Under the pieces are notes generated by a model. That model ran no database searches and had not been told where the DNA came from. It worked only from the letters and a program-made list of their open reading frames with translations. This document shows positions 44,047 through 56,125 of a DNA stretch of 64,000 nt, one piece after another. The position numbers and the translations under genes are program-made. Origin of the DNA: an uncultured bacterium (GTDB taxonomy: Bacteria > Actinomycetota > Actinomycetes > S36-B12); contig CAWBZB010000003.1 of the NCBI GenBank assembly GCA_963793105.1, forward strand, positions 453,155-517,154, in the 5' to 3' direction. The stretch's first letter is position 1. Each line of letters opens with the position of its first letter.

Positions 44047-46782
44047 ATGCACTCCGCGTCCACGCCAGGCCCTGACGTGTCCGATACCCGGCTCCGCGCC
44101 GAGATCCGGGACCTCGGATTCCTCCTCGGCGAGGCGATCGCGCGTCATGAGGGGCAGGATCTGCTCGACCTCGTCGAGGAGGTGCGGCTGCTCTCGCGCG
44201 AGGACCAGGAGGCCGCCTCTGCCCGCCTGACGTCCGTCGACGTGACGACCGCCACCCGACTGGCTCGCGCCTTCTCCGTCTACTTCGACCTGGCCAACGT
44301 CGCCGAGCAGGTTGCGCGATCGCGTGACATCGCCGCAACCCGGCTGGAGACCGGTGGACCGCTGCGACATGTGTCGGACGCGGTCCTCCAATCGGGCGTC
44401 GCGGCCGCGGACGTCGCGGAACTGGCCGGGGCCCTGTCCGTCCGTCCCGTCTTCACCGCCCATCCGACGGAGGCCGCCCGCCGCTCCGTGCTGATGAAGT
44501 TGCGGCGGATGGCCGACGTCATGCTCGACGCCGGCCTCGATGAGGACCTGCGACTGCGCAGGGTGGGCGAGATCGTCGACCTGCTGTGGCAGACCGACGA
44601 GATCCGACTGGAGCAGCCGCACGTCCTGGACGAGGCGCGCAACGCCCTGTACTACGTGGACGACCTGACTCGCGGTCCGCTGGGCGACGTGCTCGCCGAC
44701 CTCGGCGATGTCTTCGAGCGCATGGGTGCACCTCTCCCCCCGGAGTCGCGCCCGCTCTCCTTCGGCTCGTGGATCGGCGGCGACCGCGACGGCAATCCGT
44801 TCGTCACGCCGGCGATCACGCTCGACGTCCTGCGATTCCAGCGCGACCATGCGATCTCCGACCTCCTGCCGCACGTGACCCGGCTGATCGAGGACCTGTC
44901 GATCTCGGAGCGCATCACGCCGACGAGCCCGGAGCTGCGCACGTCGATCGAGAGGGATCTGGCTCGCCTGCCCGACCTGGATGCCCGCTACCTGCGCATC
45001 AACGCGGAGGAACCCGTACGGCTCAAGCTGACCATCGTCCGCAAGCGACTCGAGCTCACCCGCGACAGGCTCGCCACCAACCGCCCGCACGAGGTCGGAC
45101 GCGACTACCGGAACACCCTCGAGGTCCTCGACGACCTCCTCCTCGTCCGCGCCGAGCTGCTCGCCACCGGAGGCGCGCTGGCGGCCAACGGGGTCCTGGA
45201 CCGCGCCATCCGACTCGTCTCCGCCGTCGGCCTCCCGCTGGCGACTCTCGATATCCGCGAGCACGCCGACAAGTACCAGCACGCGGTCGGCCAGCTCGTC
45301 GACCGACTCGGCGACGGTCCCCGCCCATGGCACGAGCTCGACCCCCAGGAACGGCACGACGTCCTCGTGTCCGAGCTCGGGTCGATGCGTCCCCTGGCCC
45401 CGACGCCCCCGCCGCTCGACGAGGACGGGATGCGGACCTGGGGTACCTACGTCGCCGTGCGTGACGCCCTGAACCTGTACGGCCCACGCGCGATCGAGTC
45501 GTGCATCATCTCGATGACGCGCGGTTCCGACGACGTCCTGGCCGCCGTCGTCCTCGCCCGTGAGGCGGGGCTGGTCGATGCCGAGCACGGCACCGCGAGG
45601 GTGGGCTTCGTCCCGCTGCTGGAGACGGTCGAGGAGCTGCGGTCGGCCGGCAGCATCCTCGACCGGCTCCTGTCCGTGCCCATCTATCGCGCGCTGGTGC
45701 ACTCCCGCGGCGACGTACAGGAGGTCATGCTCGGATACTCGGACTCCAACAAGGATGCCGGCATCACATCATCCCAATGGGAGATCCACCTGGCGCAGCG
45801 CCGACTTCGCGACGTGGCCGCGCGGCACGGCGTTCGTCTGAGGCTGTTCCACGGGCGAGGCGGCACGGTCGGTCGCGGCGGCGGCCCGACCTACGACGCC
45901 ATCCTCGCCCAGCCCTGGGGCGTTCTCAGCGGCGAGATCAAGGTGACCGAGCAGGGCGAGGTGATCTCGGACAAGTACCTCCTGCCGACCCTCGCCCGGG
46001 ACAACCTCGAGCAGATGGTCTCCGCCGTGGTCGACGCATCGCTGCTGCACCGCACCCCCCGCAATGACCCGGCCCAGCTCGCGACGTGGGACGACGTCAT
46101 GGAGATCGCCTCCCTGAACGCGCAGGCCCGCTACCGCGGCCTCGTCGACGATCCGGAGCTGCCGGAGTACTTCAGCCTGTCCACGCCGGTCGACGAGTTC
46201 GGCGCCATGCACCTGGGTTCGCGCCCGTCCCGACGGCCGGACACCGCCACGGGGATCTCGGGCCTGCGGGCCATCCCGTGGGTCTTCGGCTGGACGCAGT
46301 CGCGGCAGGTGCTGCCCGGCTGGTTCGGCGTCGGGACCGGTCTGGCGGCAGCACGCGAGAGCGGCCACGCCGCTGCCCTCGCAGAGATGCATCGGGACTG
46401 GGACTTCTTCCGGAACTTCCTGTCGAACGTCGAGATGACCCTCGCCAAGACGGACCTAGCCGTTGCCCAGCTGTACGCCCACACCCTCGTACCGCCGCGA
46501 CTGCAGCGCTTCTTCGACGATATCCGCGCGGAGCACGACCTCACGGTCCGCGAGGTGCTCGCCATCACCGGCCACGACCGGCTGCTCGGCGGCAACCCGT
46601 CGCTGGCCCGGACACTCGAGGTTCGCGACACCTACCTGCTGCCCCTGCACGTTCTGCAGGTATCGCTCCTGGAGCGCGTGCGGCAGCTTCGAGTGGAGGG
46701 CGCGGAGCCGGACGACACCCTGCGTCGCGCGCTGTCGGTCACGGTCAACGGCATCGCCACCGGCCTGCGCAACACCGGCTGA
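44047..46782 (+). CDS. ppc: Phosphoenolpyruvate carboxylase
   Basis: VFTAHPTE, GGDRDGNP, QEVMLGYSDSNKD, FHGRGGTVGRGGG, LRAIPWVF, C-terminal RNTG. Confidence 0.97.
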   Translation: MHSASTPGPDVSDTRLRAEIRDLGFLLGEAIARHEGQDLLDLVEEVRLLSREDQEAASARLTSVDVTTATRLARAFSVYFDLANVAEQVARSRDIAATRLETGGPLRHVSDAVLQSGVAAADVAELAGALSVRPVFTAHPTEAARRSVLMKLRRMADVMLDAGLDEDLRLRRVGEIVDLLWQTDEIRLEQPHVLDEARNALYYVDDLTRGPLGDVLADLGDVFERMGAPLPPESRPLSFGSWIGGDRDGNPFVTPAITLDVLRFQRDHAISDLLPHVTRLIEDLSISERITPTSPELRTSIERDLARLPDLDARYLRINAEEPVRLKLTIVRKRLELTRDRLATNRPHEVGRDYRNTLEVLDDLLLVRAELLATGGALAANGVLDRAIRLVSAVGLPLATLDIREHADKYQHAVGQLVDRLGDGPRPWHELDPQERHDVLVSELGSMRPLAPTPPPLDEDGMRTWGTYVAVRDALNLYGPRAIESCIISMTRGSDDVLAAVVLAREAGLVDAEHGTARVGFVPLLETVEELRSAGSILDRLLSVPIYRALVHSRGDVQEVMLGYSDSNKDAGITSSQWEIHLAQRRLRDVAARHGVRLRLFHGRGGTVGRGGGPTYDAILAQPWGVLSGEIKVTEQGEVISDKYLLPTLARDNLEQMVSAVVDASLLHRTPRNDPAQLATWDDVMEIASLNAQARYRGLVDDPELPEYFSLSTPVDEFGAMHLGSRPSRRPDTATGISGLRAIPWVFGWTQSRQVLPGWFGVGTGLAAARESGHAAALAEMHRDWDFFRNFLSNVEMTLAKTDLAVAQLYAHTLVPPRLQRFFDDIRAEHDLTVREVLAITGHDRLLGGNPSLARTLEVRDTYLLPLHVLQVSLLERVRQLRVEGAEPDDTLRRALSVTVNGIATGLRNTG

Positions 46783-46816
46783 CGCGCAGCTCGCGACCCG
46801 CGGACTCCGAAAGGGA

Positions 46817-48187
46817 CTAGGGGCGACGGCGGCCGCGGCGCTGCCGGGAGCCGGGCGGACGCGAACCCGCCGGACGCGATCCTGCCGGACGCGATCCTGC
46901 CGGACGCGATCCTGGGGAACGGGGCGCGGTGCGGGTGCTGGTCCGAGCCGGCGCAGCCAGTACCGGTACCGGCTCGACGTGCGCCGCACGCTCGCCGCGC
47001 AGCTTGGCCACATCGGAGCCTCCCGGAACCACGCGGGTGTACGTCGGCTTGATGCCCGCCAGACGGGCGAGCGTCTTCACGTCGCCGAACTGGTCAGAGG
47101 TGGCGATGGTCACCACGATGCCGGACGCCCCGGCGCGTGCGGTGCGGCCCGAGCGGTGCAGGTACGCCTTGTGCTCCGCGGGCGGATCGACGTGCACGAC
47201 CAGCGCGACCTCGTCGACGTGGATCCCGCGCGCGGCGATGTCCGTCGCCACGAGCACCCGGCTCGAGCCCGAGGAGAAGGCCGCGAGGTTCCGCTCACGG
47301 GCGTTCTGGCTGAGGTTGCCGTGCAGGTCGACTGCCGGAATTCCAGACTCGGTCAGCTGCTTGGCCAGCTTCTTGGCCTGGTGCTTGGTCCGGGTGAACA
47401 GCACGGAACGGCCCTGGCCCGCGGCGAGGTCCCGCACGATGGCGGCCTTGTCTCCGGACTCGACGGACAGCACATGGTGCTCCATATCGGTCGCGCGCGA
47501 CTCGACCGGATCGACGGCATGGTTGACCGGGTTGGAGAGATAGCGCTTGACGAGTACGTCGACGCCTCGATCGAGAGTCGCGGAGAACAGCAGCCGCTGG
47601 CCACGCTTCGGCGTGCGGTCCATCAGTCGCTTGACACCCGGCAGGAAGCCGAGGTCGGCCATGTGGTCCGCCTCGTCCAGGACGGTGATCTCGACGTCGC
47701 CGAGATCGCAGTGCCCCTGGCCGATGAGGTCCTCCAGGCGACCCGGGCAGGCGATGACGATGTCGGTGCCCGCGCGCAGGGCGCGCACCTGCGGGTTCTG
47801 GCCGACGCCGCCGAAGATCGTCATCGTCGACAGGCGGGCAGCGGATGCGAGCGGCTCGACGACCGCCAGCACCTGGTTCGCCAGCTCACGCGTCGGCACG
47901 AGCACGAGGCCACGAGGGTGCGAGGCACGAGTCCGGGTTCCCGAGGACGCGAGGCGCGCAACCAGGGGCAGCGCGAATGCGAGGGTCTTGCCGGAGCCCG
48001 TGCGTCCACGGCCGAGCACGTCGCGCCCGCTCAGGCTGTCGGGCAGGGTGGCCGTCTGGATGGGAAAGGGGGAGCTGATCCCGGAACCGTCGAGGACGGT
48101 CGAGAGGTAGGGGGGAACTCCGAGATCGGCGAAGCCGGGGCCGGAGTCAAGGGTCGGTGAAGCGGGGCTGGTTGATACAGGGGTCAC
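46817..48187 (-). CDS. DEAD-box RNA helicase
   Basis: Q motif [34 protein letters not shown]. Confidence 0.95.
   Translation of the reverse strand: MTPVSTSPASPTLDSGPGFADLGVPPYLSTVLDGSGISSPFPIQTATLPDSLSGRDVLGRGRTGSGKTLAFALPLVARLASSGTRTRASHPRGLVLVPTRELANQVLAVVEPLASAARLSTMTIFGGVGQNPQVRALRAGTDIVIACPGRLEDLIGQGHCDLGDVEITVLDEADHMADLGFLPGVKRLMDRTPKRGQRLLFSATLDRGVDVLVKRYLSNPVNHAVDPVESRATDMEHHVLSVESGDKAAIVRDLAAGQGRSVLFTRTKHQAKKLAKQLTESGIPAVDLHGNLSQNARERNLAAFSSGSSRVLVATDIAARGIHVDEVALVVHVDPPAEHKAYLHRSGRTARAGASGIVVTIATSDQFGDVKTLARLAGIKPTYTRVVPGGSDVAKLRGERAAHVEPVPVLAAPARTSTRTAPRSPGSRPAGSRPAGSRPAGSRPPGSRQRRGRRRP
46856..46913 (-). repeat. 15-nt coding tandem repeat (GSRPA x~4) in the helicase tail
   Basis: GCCGGACGCGATCCT units repeated. 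Confidence 0.7.
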
Positions 48188-48438
48188 GAAGATCCTCAGG
48201 TCTGTGATGTGGGTTCCGCGGTGGCGGAGCCTCGCACGCGAAGACTGTCCTCACGCATGCGGGCGATGAACACGTATGTCAGAACCCGCTGGGTTCGCTC
48301 CGGTTGGAGCAGGTGACCGACGCACTCGCACGAGGCGGTGCTGTCGAGTCAGATGAGTATGACACGCCGGGGGTCAGGCAACTAATCCCCGCGAACGCCT
48401 CGCCGCGAGACTCAGCCGGTTGCGTGAATCGCGAGCGG

Positions 48439-49092
48439 CTAGAACGCCGCGAGCCTCGCCGCGTACGCCGCGAAGACCGGCCGGCCGAACTCCTCGAATC
48501 CGGCGCGGGCCTCGGGCGGCATGCCCGCCAGAATCGCCTCCCCGCGCTCCGCTGTCGTGTCCTGAAGGATGAGACCGAGTCCCACGGCGAGCTGCTCGGG
48601 CGTGAGCGAAGCCCGCGAGTGGGCGCCGACGGCTGCGTACTCGTCCTGCGTGAGGTCGCGCGAGATCAGCGGCACGACCTCCTGCTCCTCGACCGCGAGG
48701 TGATGAAGCAGGAACTTCTCCAGGGCGATCAGGGTCGTGTGCAGGCTCGCGCGCTCGGGCGCCCCCGGATTCGCCATCCACGACGTGGCCTGCTCCTGGG
48801 CCGTCGTCATCAGGCCCACCATCTCCTCGTGCTGGGTCACCATGGCCGCGACAAGTGCGGCCTGCTCGGGCGAGCGCTCCTCGAGCAGCGGCCACACCAA
48901 CAGATCCTCGCCCTCGTGATGGCCGTGAAGCATCGCGATCATGAGCATCACGTGGCCGCCGACAACAGCGGCCCGGTCAGCGTCGCCCTCGCCGACGGCC
49001 TTGACGGTCAGCGGGAGCCTGGCGAACTCATGCCGAAGGCAGTCGTGGATCGCGAACATCTCGGTCATGTCCGTCTGGTTGTCGTGGGGCAA
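48439..49092 (-). CDS. Hemerythrin-domain protein
   Basis: H...LHGHHEGED...QH...HLAVEEQEVVP (HHE motifs); GGAGGAG RBS before TTG 49092. Confidence 0.85.
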   Translation of the reverse strand: MPHDNQTDMTEMFAIHDCLRHEFARLPLTVKAVGEGDADRAAVVGGHVMLMIAMLHGHHEGEDLLVWPLLEERSPEQAALVAAMVTQHEEMVGLMTTAQEQATSWMANPGAPERASLHTTLIALEKFLLHHLAVEEQEVVPLISRDLTQDEYAAVGAHSRASLTPEQLAVGLGLILQDTTAERGEAILAGMPPEARAGFEEFGRPVFAAYAARLAAF

Positions 49093-49182
49093 AGCGACTC
49101 CTCCGCAGGTGGGTGTCCGAAGATACTCCACCCTGGTTACGGCGCGCGCAGCCGATTCCGGCGGAACGCACGCGGCCGGGGA

Positions 49183-50046
49183 TCAGGTCCGCTTCAGCCG
49201 GGCCTGCCGAGGCACCGCACCGAAGCGGCCCGCGTCGAAGTCCCGGAAGGCCGCCTCGATCTCCTTGCGGCTGTTCATCACGAACGGCCCGCCCATGACC
49301 ACGGGCTCCCGCAGGGGCTGGCCGCTGAAGCACATGACCCGCACCGGTCGGTCACCCGCTCGGCAGGTGATCCGCAGGCCGCCGACCGCTCCCGGGGCAG
49401 GATCGGACCAGGCCACCTGGCCCTCACGGACGAGGCGCCCCGCGATGCCTGCCGAACCGTCCATCACGTACAGGAACGCCCGGTGGGCAGCGGGGATGCC
49501 CAGGTCCACGCGGGACCCCGGCTCGACCGTCACGATGCCGCCGCTGATCGGGTGCTGATTGCGGGCAGGACCGGTGACCCCGGCCAGCGTGCCCGACACC
49601 ACGTCGACTCGGGCGCCGTCGACCGTGGCTGCGGGTCGGTCAGCGGCGCGCAGGTCCTGGTACCCCGTTTCGACCATCTTCCGGCGGGACGGCAGGTTCA
49701 CCCACAGCTGCAGGGTGTGCGCGAACTCGTTCTTGAACGCGAGCTCACGGTGGATGATCCCCCGCCCGGCCGTCATCCACTGGATGTCCCCGGGCAGCAG
49801 GGCCCCCGCGTTGCCGGCGTTGTCGCCGTGCTCGAGCACGCCGTCGAGCACGAGGGTGACGGTCTCGATCCCGCGGTGCGGATGCCACTCGAACCCCGGA
49901 TCCGAGAACCAGTCCTCGGCCAGCGCGAGGAAGGGGTCGGTCGTCCTGGGGTCACGCGGAGCGATGATGATCGCCTTGTCGTCCACCTGAGCGTCCGGTC
50001 CGAGTCGGACCTTGTCCTCAACCCGGGCTACCGTTCGCCGCCTCAC
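49183..50046 (-). CDS. Pirin-family protein
   Basis: DPFL, HPHRGIETVT, QWMTAGRGIIHRE, QLWVNLP, GPFVMN. Confidence 0.92.
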   Translation of the reverse strand: MRRRTVARVEDKVRLGPDAQVDDKAIIIAPRDPRTTDPFLALAEDWFSDPGFEWHPHRGIETVTLVLDGVLEHGDNAGNAGALLPGDIQWMTAGRGIIHRELAFKNEFAHTLQLWVNLPSRRKMVETGYQDLRAADRPAATVDGARVDVVSGTLAGVTGPARNQHPISGGIVTVEPGSRVDLGIPAAHRAFLYVMDGSAGIAGRLVREGQVAWSDPAPGAVGGLRITCRAGDRPVRVMCFSGQPLREPVVMGGPFVMNSRKEIEAAFRDFDAGRFGAVPRQARLKRT

Positions 50047-50645
50047 GGAGACGGGCTTGCCGACGCCACTGCCGGGCACCCCGGCCCGGAGGCCACCGGC
50101 GAGGGCTGGGTCAGCAGCGCATCGACCTCGGGCTGGGGTGCCAGCGCGGTGAAGCCCTCACCGACCGCGAGGTCCACCTTGCGGCCCTTCCGGTCGAGCT
50201 CGACCAACTCGGCGCCGGGGACATACAGGAGGACGAGTTGCGCCTCCTCCGCGCCCTTCGGCCCGAAACGCAGCTGGCCCACGCCCGTGATGGGCTTGCC
50301 GACCGGGTCGTTCGCCACCTCCCCGACTTTGAAGCCGCGCTTCTCGATCGCGGTCGCCGTCTTGCTGGCCAGCCCGGAGGTGTCCGTGGCGTTGTAGACG
50401 TTCACGGTCACCTTGGCCGCCTTGGGCAGCACGTCCTGCGGCGTCACCATGGTCGTCACGCAGGGGCTCGGCAGTGCGGTGGGCGTCTCCCCCGCCGCGG
50501 CGTCACCCGACCCGCGGAACAGGCTGATCAGCCCGTATCCGACGGCGGCCACCACCAGGACGGCCACCACGATGAGCAGGATCAGCAGCCACCGTGGTCG
50601 CGACGGCTGCTGCCGTCGGATCGGGCTCTCTCGCATCGACGTCAT
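50043..50645 (-). CDS. LytR C-terminal domain membrane protein
   Basis: TM helix then VTVNVYNATDTSGLA...GF...VAND...VDLAVG. Confidence 0.85.
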   Translation of the reverse strand: MTSMRESPIRRQQPSRPRWLLILLIVVAVLVVAAVGYGLISLFRGSGDAAAGETPTALPSPCVTTMVTPQDVLPKAAKVTVNVYNATDTSGLASKTATAIEKRGFKVGEVANDPVGKPITGVGQLRFGPKGAEEAQLVLLYVPGAELVELDRKGRKVDLAVGEGFTALAPQPEVDALLTQPSPVASGPGCPAVASASPSP

Positions 50646-51118
50646 CACACCTCCGGTCCGGTACGCCGGGACTCCATGAACTCCCGCACCATCGCACCAC
50701 ACTCGTCCGCACGCATCCCGCCCACCACCTCGGCACGGTGGTTGAGGCGCCGATCACGGACGAGGTCCCACCTCGAACCTGCCGCCCCGTACTCGTCGTT
50801 CCACGCGCCGAAGACCAGCCGGTCGACCCGCGACATCACGGCTGCACCGGCGCACATCGGGCAGGGTTCGAGGGTCACGACGAGCGTGCAGCCGTTGAGC
50901 CGCCACGTCCCGAGCGCGAGACCCGCGTCCCGGAGGGCCAGGATCTCCGCGTGCGCAGTGGGGTCGTGTCGCGCCTCCCGGCTGTTCCGTGCTCGCGACA
51001 CCACCCGCCCCAGTCGGTCCAGTACGACCGCGCCGATCGGGATCTCGCCCGCAGCGCCCGCCAGGCGGGCCTCGTCAAGGGCGATCCCCATCGCGGACTC
51101 CTCGGCGCCTGCGGTCAT
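50645..51118 (-). CDS. tadA: tRNA adenosine deaminase
   Basis: EIPIGAV, TAHAE, TLEPCPMCAGA. Confidence 0.93.
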   Translation of the reverse strand: MTAGAEESAMGIALDEARLAGAAGEIPIGAVVLDRLGRVVSRARNSREARHDPTAHAEILALRDAGLALGTWRLNGCTLVVTLEPCPMCAGAAVMSRVDRLVFGAWNDEYGAAGSRWDLVRDRRLNHRAEVVGGMRADECGAMVREFMESRRTGPEV

Positions 51119-51606
51119 CGGCCGCGAAGGGCCGCCGAGAGCTCATGCGCGAATCCCAGTCGCTTGGCGATCGCCCGCACCTGCTCGTCGGGATACAGCT
51201 CCTCGTCCTGGCAGATCATGATGAGCTCGGCGCCGTCGAGGCCGAAGTCCGCGCACAGGGACACGTCACCCGCCGCCTCGAACTCCTCGATGTCGTCCTC
51301 CTCCCATTCCAGGCCGATCAGTTCCGCCGCCTCCTCGGCCAGTGACCAGTCCATCAGCGCGACGGCATCGCTGATCATGAGCCGGACGCCGTCCCGCACC
51401 GTGTGGGCGAGGATGAAGAACTCGTCGGCGACGCTCACGATGCCGAAGACGCCGCCCTCCCCGGGGAGCTGGCGCAGGGACGCGACGAAGCCCTCTGCCG
51501 TCACCACGGCGCCGGGTGGCAGGGACACGACGGTCCATCGGCCCTCCTCGCGGTAGGCCGCGACCGCGAAGTCGACGACCTCTGCCGTCACCTCCTCAGC
51601 GCTCAC
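51115..51606 (-). CDS. tRNA adenosine deaminase-associated protein
   Basis: Acidic protein with [13 protein letters not shown] and ISDA motifs; conserved position between tadA and upp. Confidence 0.8.
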   Translation of the reverse strand: MSAEEVTAEVVDFAVAAYREEGRWTVVSLPPGAVVTAEGFVASLRQLPGEGGVFGIVSVADEFFILAHTVRDGVRLMISDAVALMDWSLAEEAAELIGLEWEEDDIEEFEAAGDVSLCADFGLDGAELIMICQDEELYPDEQVRAIAKRLGFAHELSAALRGR

Positions 51607-51664
51607 GGGGGCATCGTGTCACGCGCCGCGCCTTGACGGAGGCCAGACCACTACTCTCGGCTGC

Positions 51665-52303
51665 ATGCGCACCCTGGTCATCGATCACCCGCTCGTCGCC
51701 CACAAGCTGACCCGCCTGCGGCGTGAGGAGACCTCATCGGCGACCTTCCGCCTCCTGGCGGAGGAACTGGTGACGCTCCTGGCCTACGAGGCGACCCGGG
51801 CACTGCAGGTGCATCCCGTCACGATCCAGACCCCTGTGGCCGAGACCACCGGGGTCGAGATGGCCGAGCCGAAGCCCATCGTCGTGCCGATCCTGCGGGC
51901 CGGACTGGGGATGCTGAACGGGATGATGAAGCTCATGCCCACCGCCGAGGTCGGCTTCCTCGGCATGGTCCGTGACGAGACGTCACTGCTCGCCAGCACC
52001 TACGCGGAGCGACTGCCGCACGACCTGCACCACCGCCAGGTGTTCGTCCTCGATCCGATGCTTGCGACCGGAGGCACCCTCGTCGCCGCCATCGACCTCC
52101 TCCTGGACAGGGGCGCCCGAGACGTCACGGCGATCTGCCTGCTGGCGGCCCCGGAGGGCCTCAGGCACATGGAGGAGGCGTTCGCCGGACGGGACGCCGA
52201 GGTCACGGTGGTCACCGCCGCCCTGGACCACCACTTGAACGAGAAGGGCTACATCGTGCCCGGCCTGGGCGACGCGGGCGACCGCCTCTACGGCGTCGTC
52301 TGA
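51665..52303 (+). CDS. upp: Uracil phosphoribosyltransferase
   Basis: [30 protein letters not shown]. Confidence 0.96.
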   Translation: MRTLVIDHPLVAHKLTRLRREETSSATFRLLAEELVTLLAYEATRALQVHPVTIQTPVAETTGVEMAEPKPIVVPILRAGLGMLNGMMKLMPTAEVGFLGMVRDETSLLASTYAERLPHDLHHRQVFVLDPMLATGGTLVAAIDLLLDRGARDVTAICLLAAPEGLRHMEEAFAGRDAEVTVVTAALDHHLNEKGYIVPGLGDAGDRLYGVV

Positions 52304-52917
52304 CCGGCCAGACCGTTCGCGCCGCGCCGTAGCAGGCGCGCCATTGTCGCCCCCGTCATGGCCCCGACGACGAGCCCCATGAGCACCGCCGACAGGATCG
52401 CGATCACCACGTGAAGTCCGACCGGCCAACCGTCGGGTACGGATGAGAGGGCGGCCACGGGGATGAGCACCCCCACCAGCCATGCGGCGGCCGACACGAA
52501 CACCCACCGCCCCGACCGGGGCAGCATCGGCCGCATCACGCGCCACTGCAGGAACCCCATGGCGCACAGCCCCACGATCCACGCGGGGACGAGCAGGATC
52601 AGGATCCACGGCGCCGCGCCCGCCCCCATCACGGCGGCGCCGCCCATCCCGGCGAACCACGCACACGCCGCGCCCACAGCCGTCGCCCGGATCCAGGACC
52701 GCTCGGGGATCCCGGACCGGTGACGCCGCAGCACGTAGGCCTGCGCCGAACCGATCACCGCACCCTCCCCGGCGCCGGCAAGCGTCAGGCCCGCGACGAG
52801 GACCACGTCGCCCGCCCCCGCTGAGCCGAGCCACGCGCCCACGACGGCCGGGGGGATGAAGCCCACCAGCTCCCCCACGACGAAGGCGAGCGTCCAATCA
52901 CGGCGGAAACCGGCCAT
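52288..52917 (-). CDS. Hypothetical multi-pass membrane protein
   Basis: About six hydrophobic segments with repeated G..Q..VLR...W motif; GAGG RBS. Confidence 0.7.
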   Translation of the reverse strand: MAGFRRDWTLAFVVGELVGFIPPAVVGAWLGSAGAGDVVLVAGLTLAGAGEGAVIGSAQAYVLRRHRSGIPERSWIRATAVGAACAWFAGMGGAAVMGAGAAPWILILLVPAWIVGLCAMGFLQWRVMRPMLPRSGRWVFVSAAAWLVGVLIPVAALSSVPDGWPVGLHVVIAILSAVLMGLVVGAMTGATMARLLRRGANGLAGQTTP

Positions 52918-52951
52918 CGCGGTCTCACCTCCACGCTCAGACGCCCGCGGG

Positions 52952-54372
<1,421 letters not shown>

Positions 54373-54376
<4 letters not shown>

Positions 54377-55905
54377 CGCTGGAACATCCCCAGCATGCGG
54401 CGGGTGACCGAGAAGCCACCGAAGATGTTGATGCTCGCCAGCAGGGTGGCGATGAAGGCCAGCACTGTGACGACCGTGTCACCTCTGCCGATCTGCAGCA
54501 GCGCCCCGACGATGATGATGCCGGAGATCGCGTTCGTGATGGACATCAAGGGCGTGTGCAGGGCGTGATGCACATGCCCGATGACGTAGTACCCGATCAC
54601 GATCGCCAGCACGAAGACCGTGATGTTGGCGGTGAGTTCAGGCGGTGCGGCCGCGGTGATGAGGAAGAGCAGGACGGCGCCGATCGCCGTGATCGCGTAC
54701 TTGCGGCCGGGAGGCGTCCCCTTCTTCTTCGGCTCCTTGACTGCGACGGGAGCCGGCTTGGCAGCCGCTGGCGCCGCGGAGACCTGCACCGCCGGTGGCG
54801 GCCACGTCTTCTCGCGGTGGCGCGCCACCGTCATCGAGCGCTGGACGACGTCCTCCCAGTCCATGACGAGCACGCCGTCCTTGCCCGGCGTCATGAGCTT
54901 CATGAGGTTGACCAGGTTCGTGGAGTAGAGCTGAGATGCCTGCGCCGGCAGCCGGCCCGCCAGGTCGGTGTATCCGATGATGGTGACGTCGTTGTCCGTG
55001 ACCACGACCTCACCCGGCCGCGACCCCTCGACGTTGCCGCCGTTCGCTGCGGCCATGTCCACGATGACCGACCCGGCCTTCATGGAGCGGACCATGTCGG
55101 CCGTGAGCAGTCGGGGCGCCGGCCGGCCGGGAATGAGTGCGGTCGTGATGACGATGTCCACGTCCTTGGCCTGCTCCGCGTACATCTGGACCTCGCGGGC
55201 CTTGTAGTCCTCGCCCATCTCCTTGGCGTACCCCGTCGTGCTGACCTCGACCTCGGGAGACTCGATGGCCAAGTACTCCCCGCCCAGCGACTTCACCTGA
55301 TCGGCCACCTCCGGCCGCGGGTCGGTGGCCCGCACGATCGCCCCCAGGGAACTGGCAGTGCCGATTGCGGCCAGGCCCGCCACCCCCACTCCCGCCACGA
55401 GGACCTTCGCCGGCGGCACCTTGCCCGCGGCCGTCACCTGCCCGGTGAAGAAGCGGCCGAAGACGTTGGCCGCCTCGATCACCGCCCGGTAGCCGGCGAT
55501 GTTGGCCATGGAGCTCAGGACGTCCAGCGACTGCGCCCGGGAGATTCGCGGAACGGCGTCCATCGCCATCGCCGTCACGTCACGAGCGGCCAGTTTGTCC
55601 ACGAGGTCGGGGGAAAGCGCGGGACTCATCAGGCTGATCACGGTGGCGCCGTCGCTCAGGAGCGCGATCTCCTCGTCGGACGGGGGATTGACGTGGAAGA
55701 CGATCTCCGCGCCCCAGGTCTCGACCGCCGATCCGACCCGCGCACCTGCCGACCGGTAGGCATCGTCGGCGAACGCGGATGCCGCGCCCGCACCCGATTC
55801 CACCATGACGTCGTAGCCGAGGCCGATCAACTGCTCGACGCTCTTCGGCGTCGCGGCCACCCGCGTCTCGCCGCGCTGGGACTCGCGAGGGACTCCGATG
55901 AGCAA
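54373..55905 (-). CDS. pntA: NAD(P) transhydrogenase subunit alpha
   Basis: [38 protein letters not shown]; GGAGG RBS before TTG 55905. Confidence 0.96.
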
Positions 55906-56125
55906 GGCAACCTCCAACTGTGGGTTCTCCACGTGTGGCGAGGCGGCATCCACCGCGGAACACGGATCTGCGCCTCGCGTCGGTCAGCCTAGGGGGCGGG
56001 TCCCCACGGTTGCCTGTCCATAGACTGCCTCCGCGACATTCTGGCGCGCAATCGGCCCGAAACACGTGTCGTCTAACGTGCGGTGCGTCACAGTGTCAGG
56101 ACAGATCCGCGGAGAGGTGGAGGGC

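Noticed and set aside
46856-46913. Short repeats as a CRISPR array
   Set aside because: Spacer-less 15-nt in-frame coding repeat; no cas genes.
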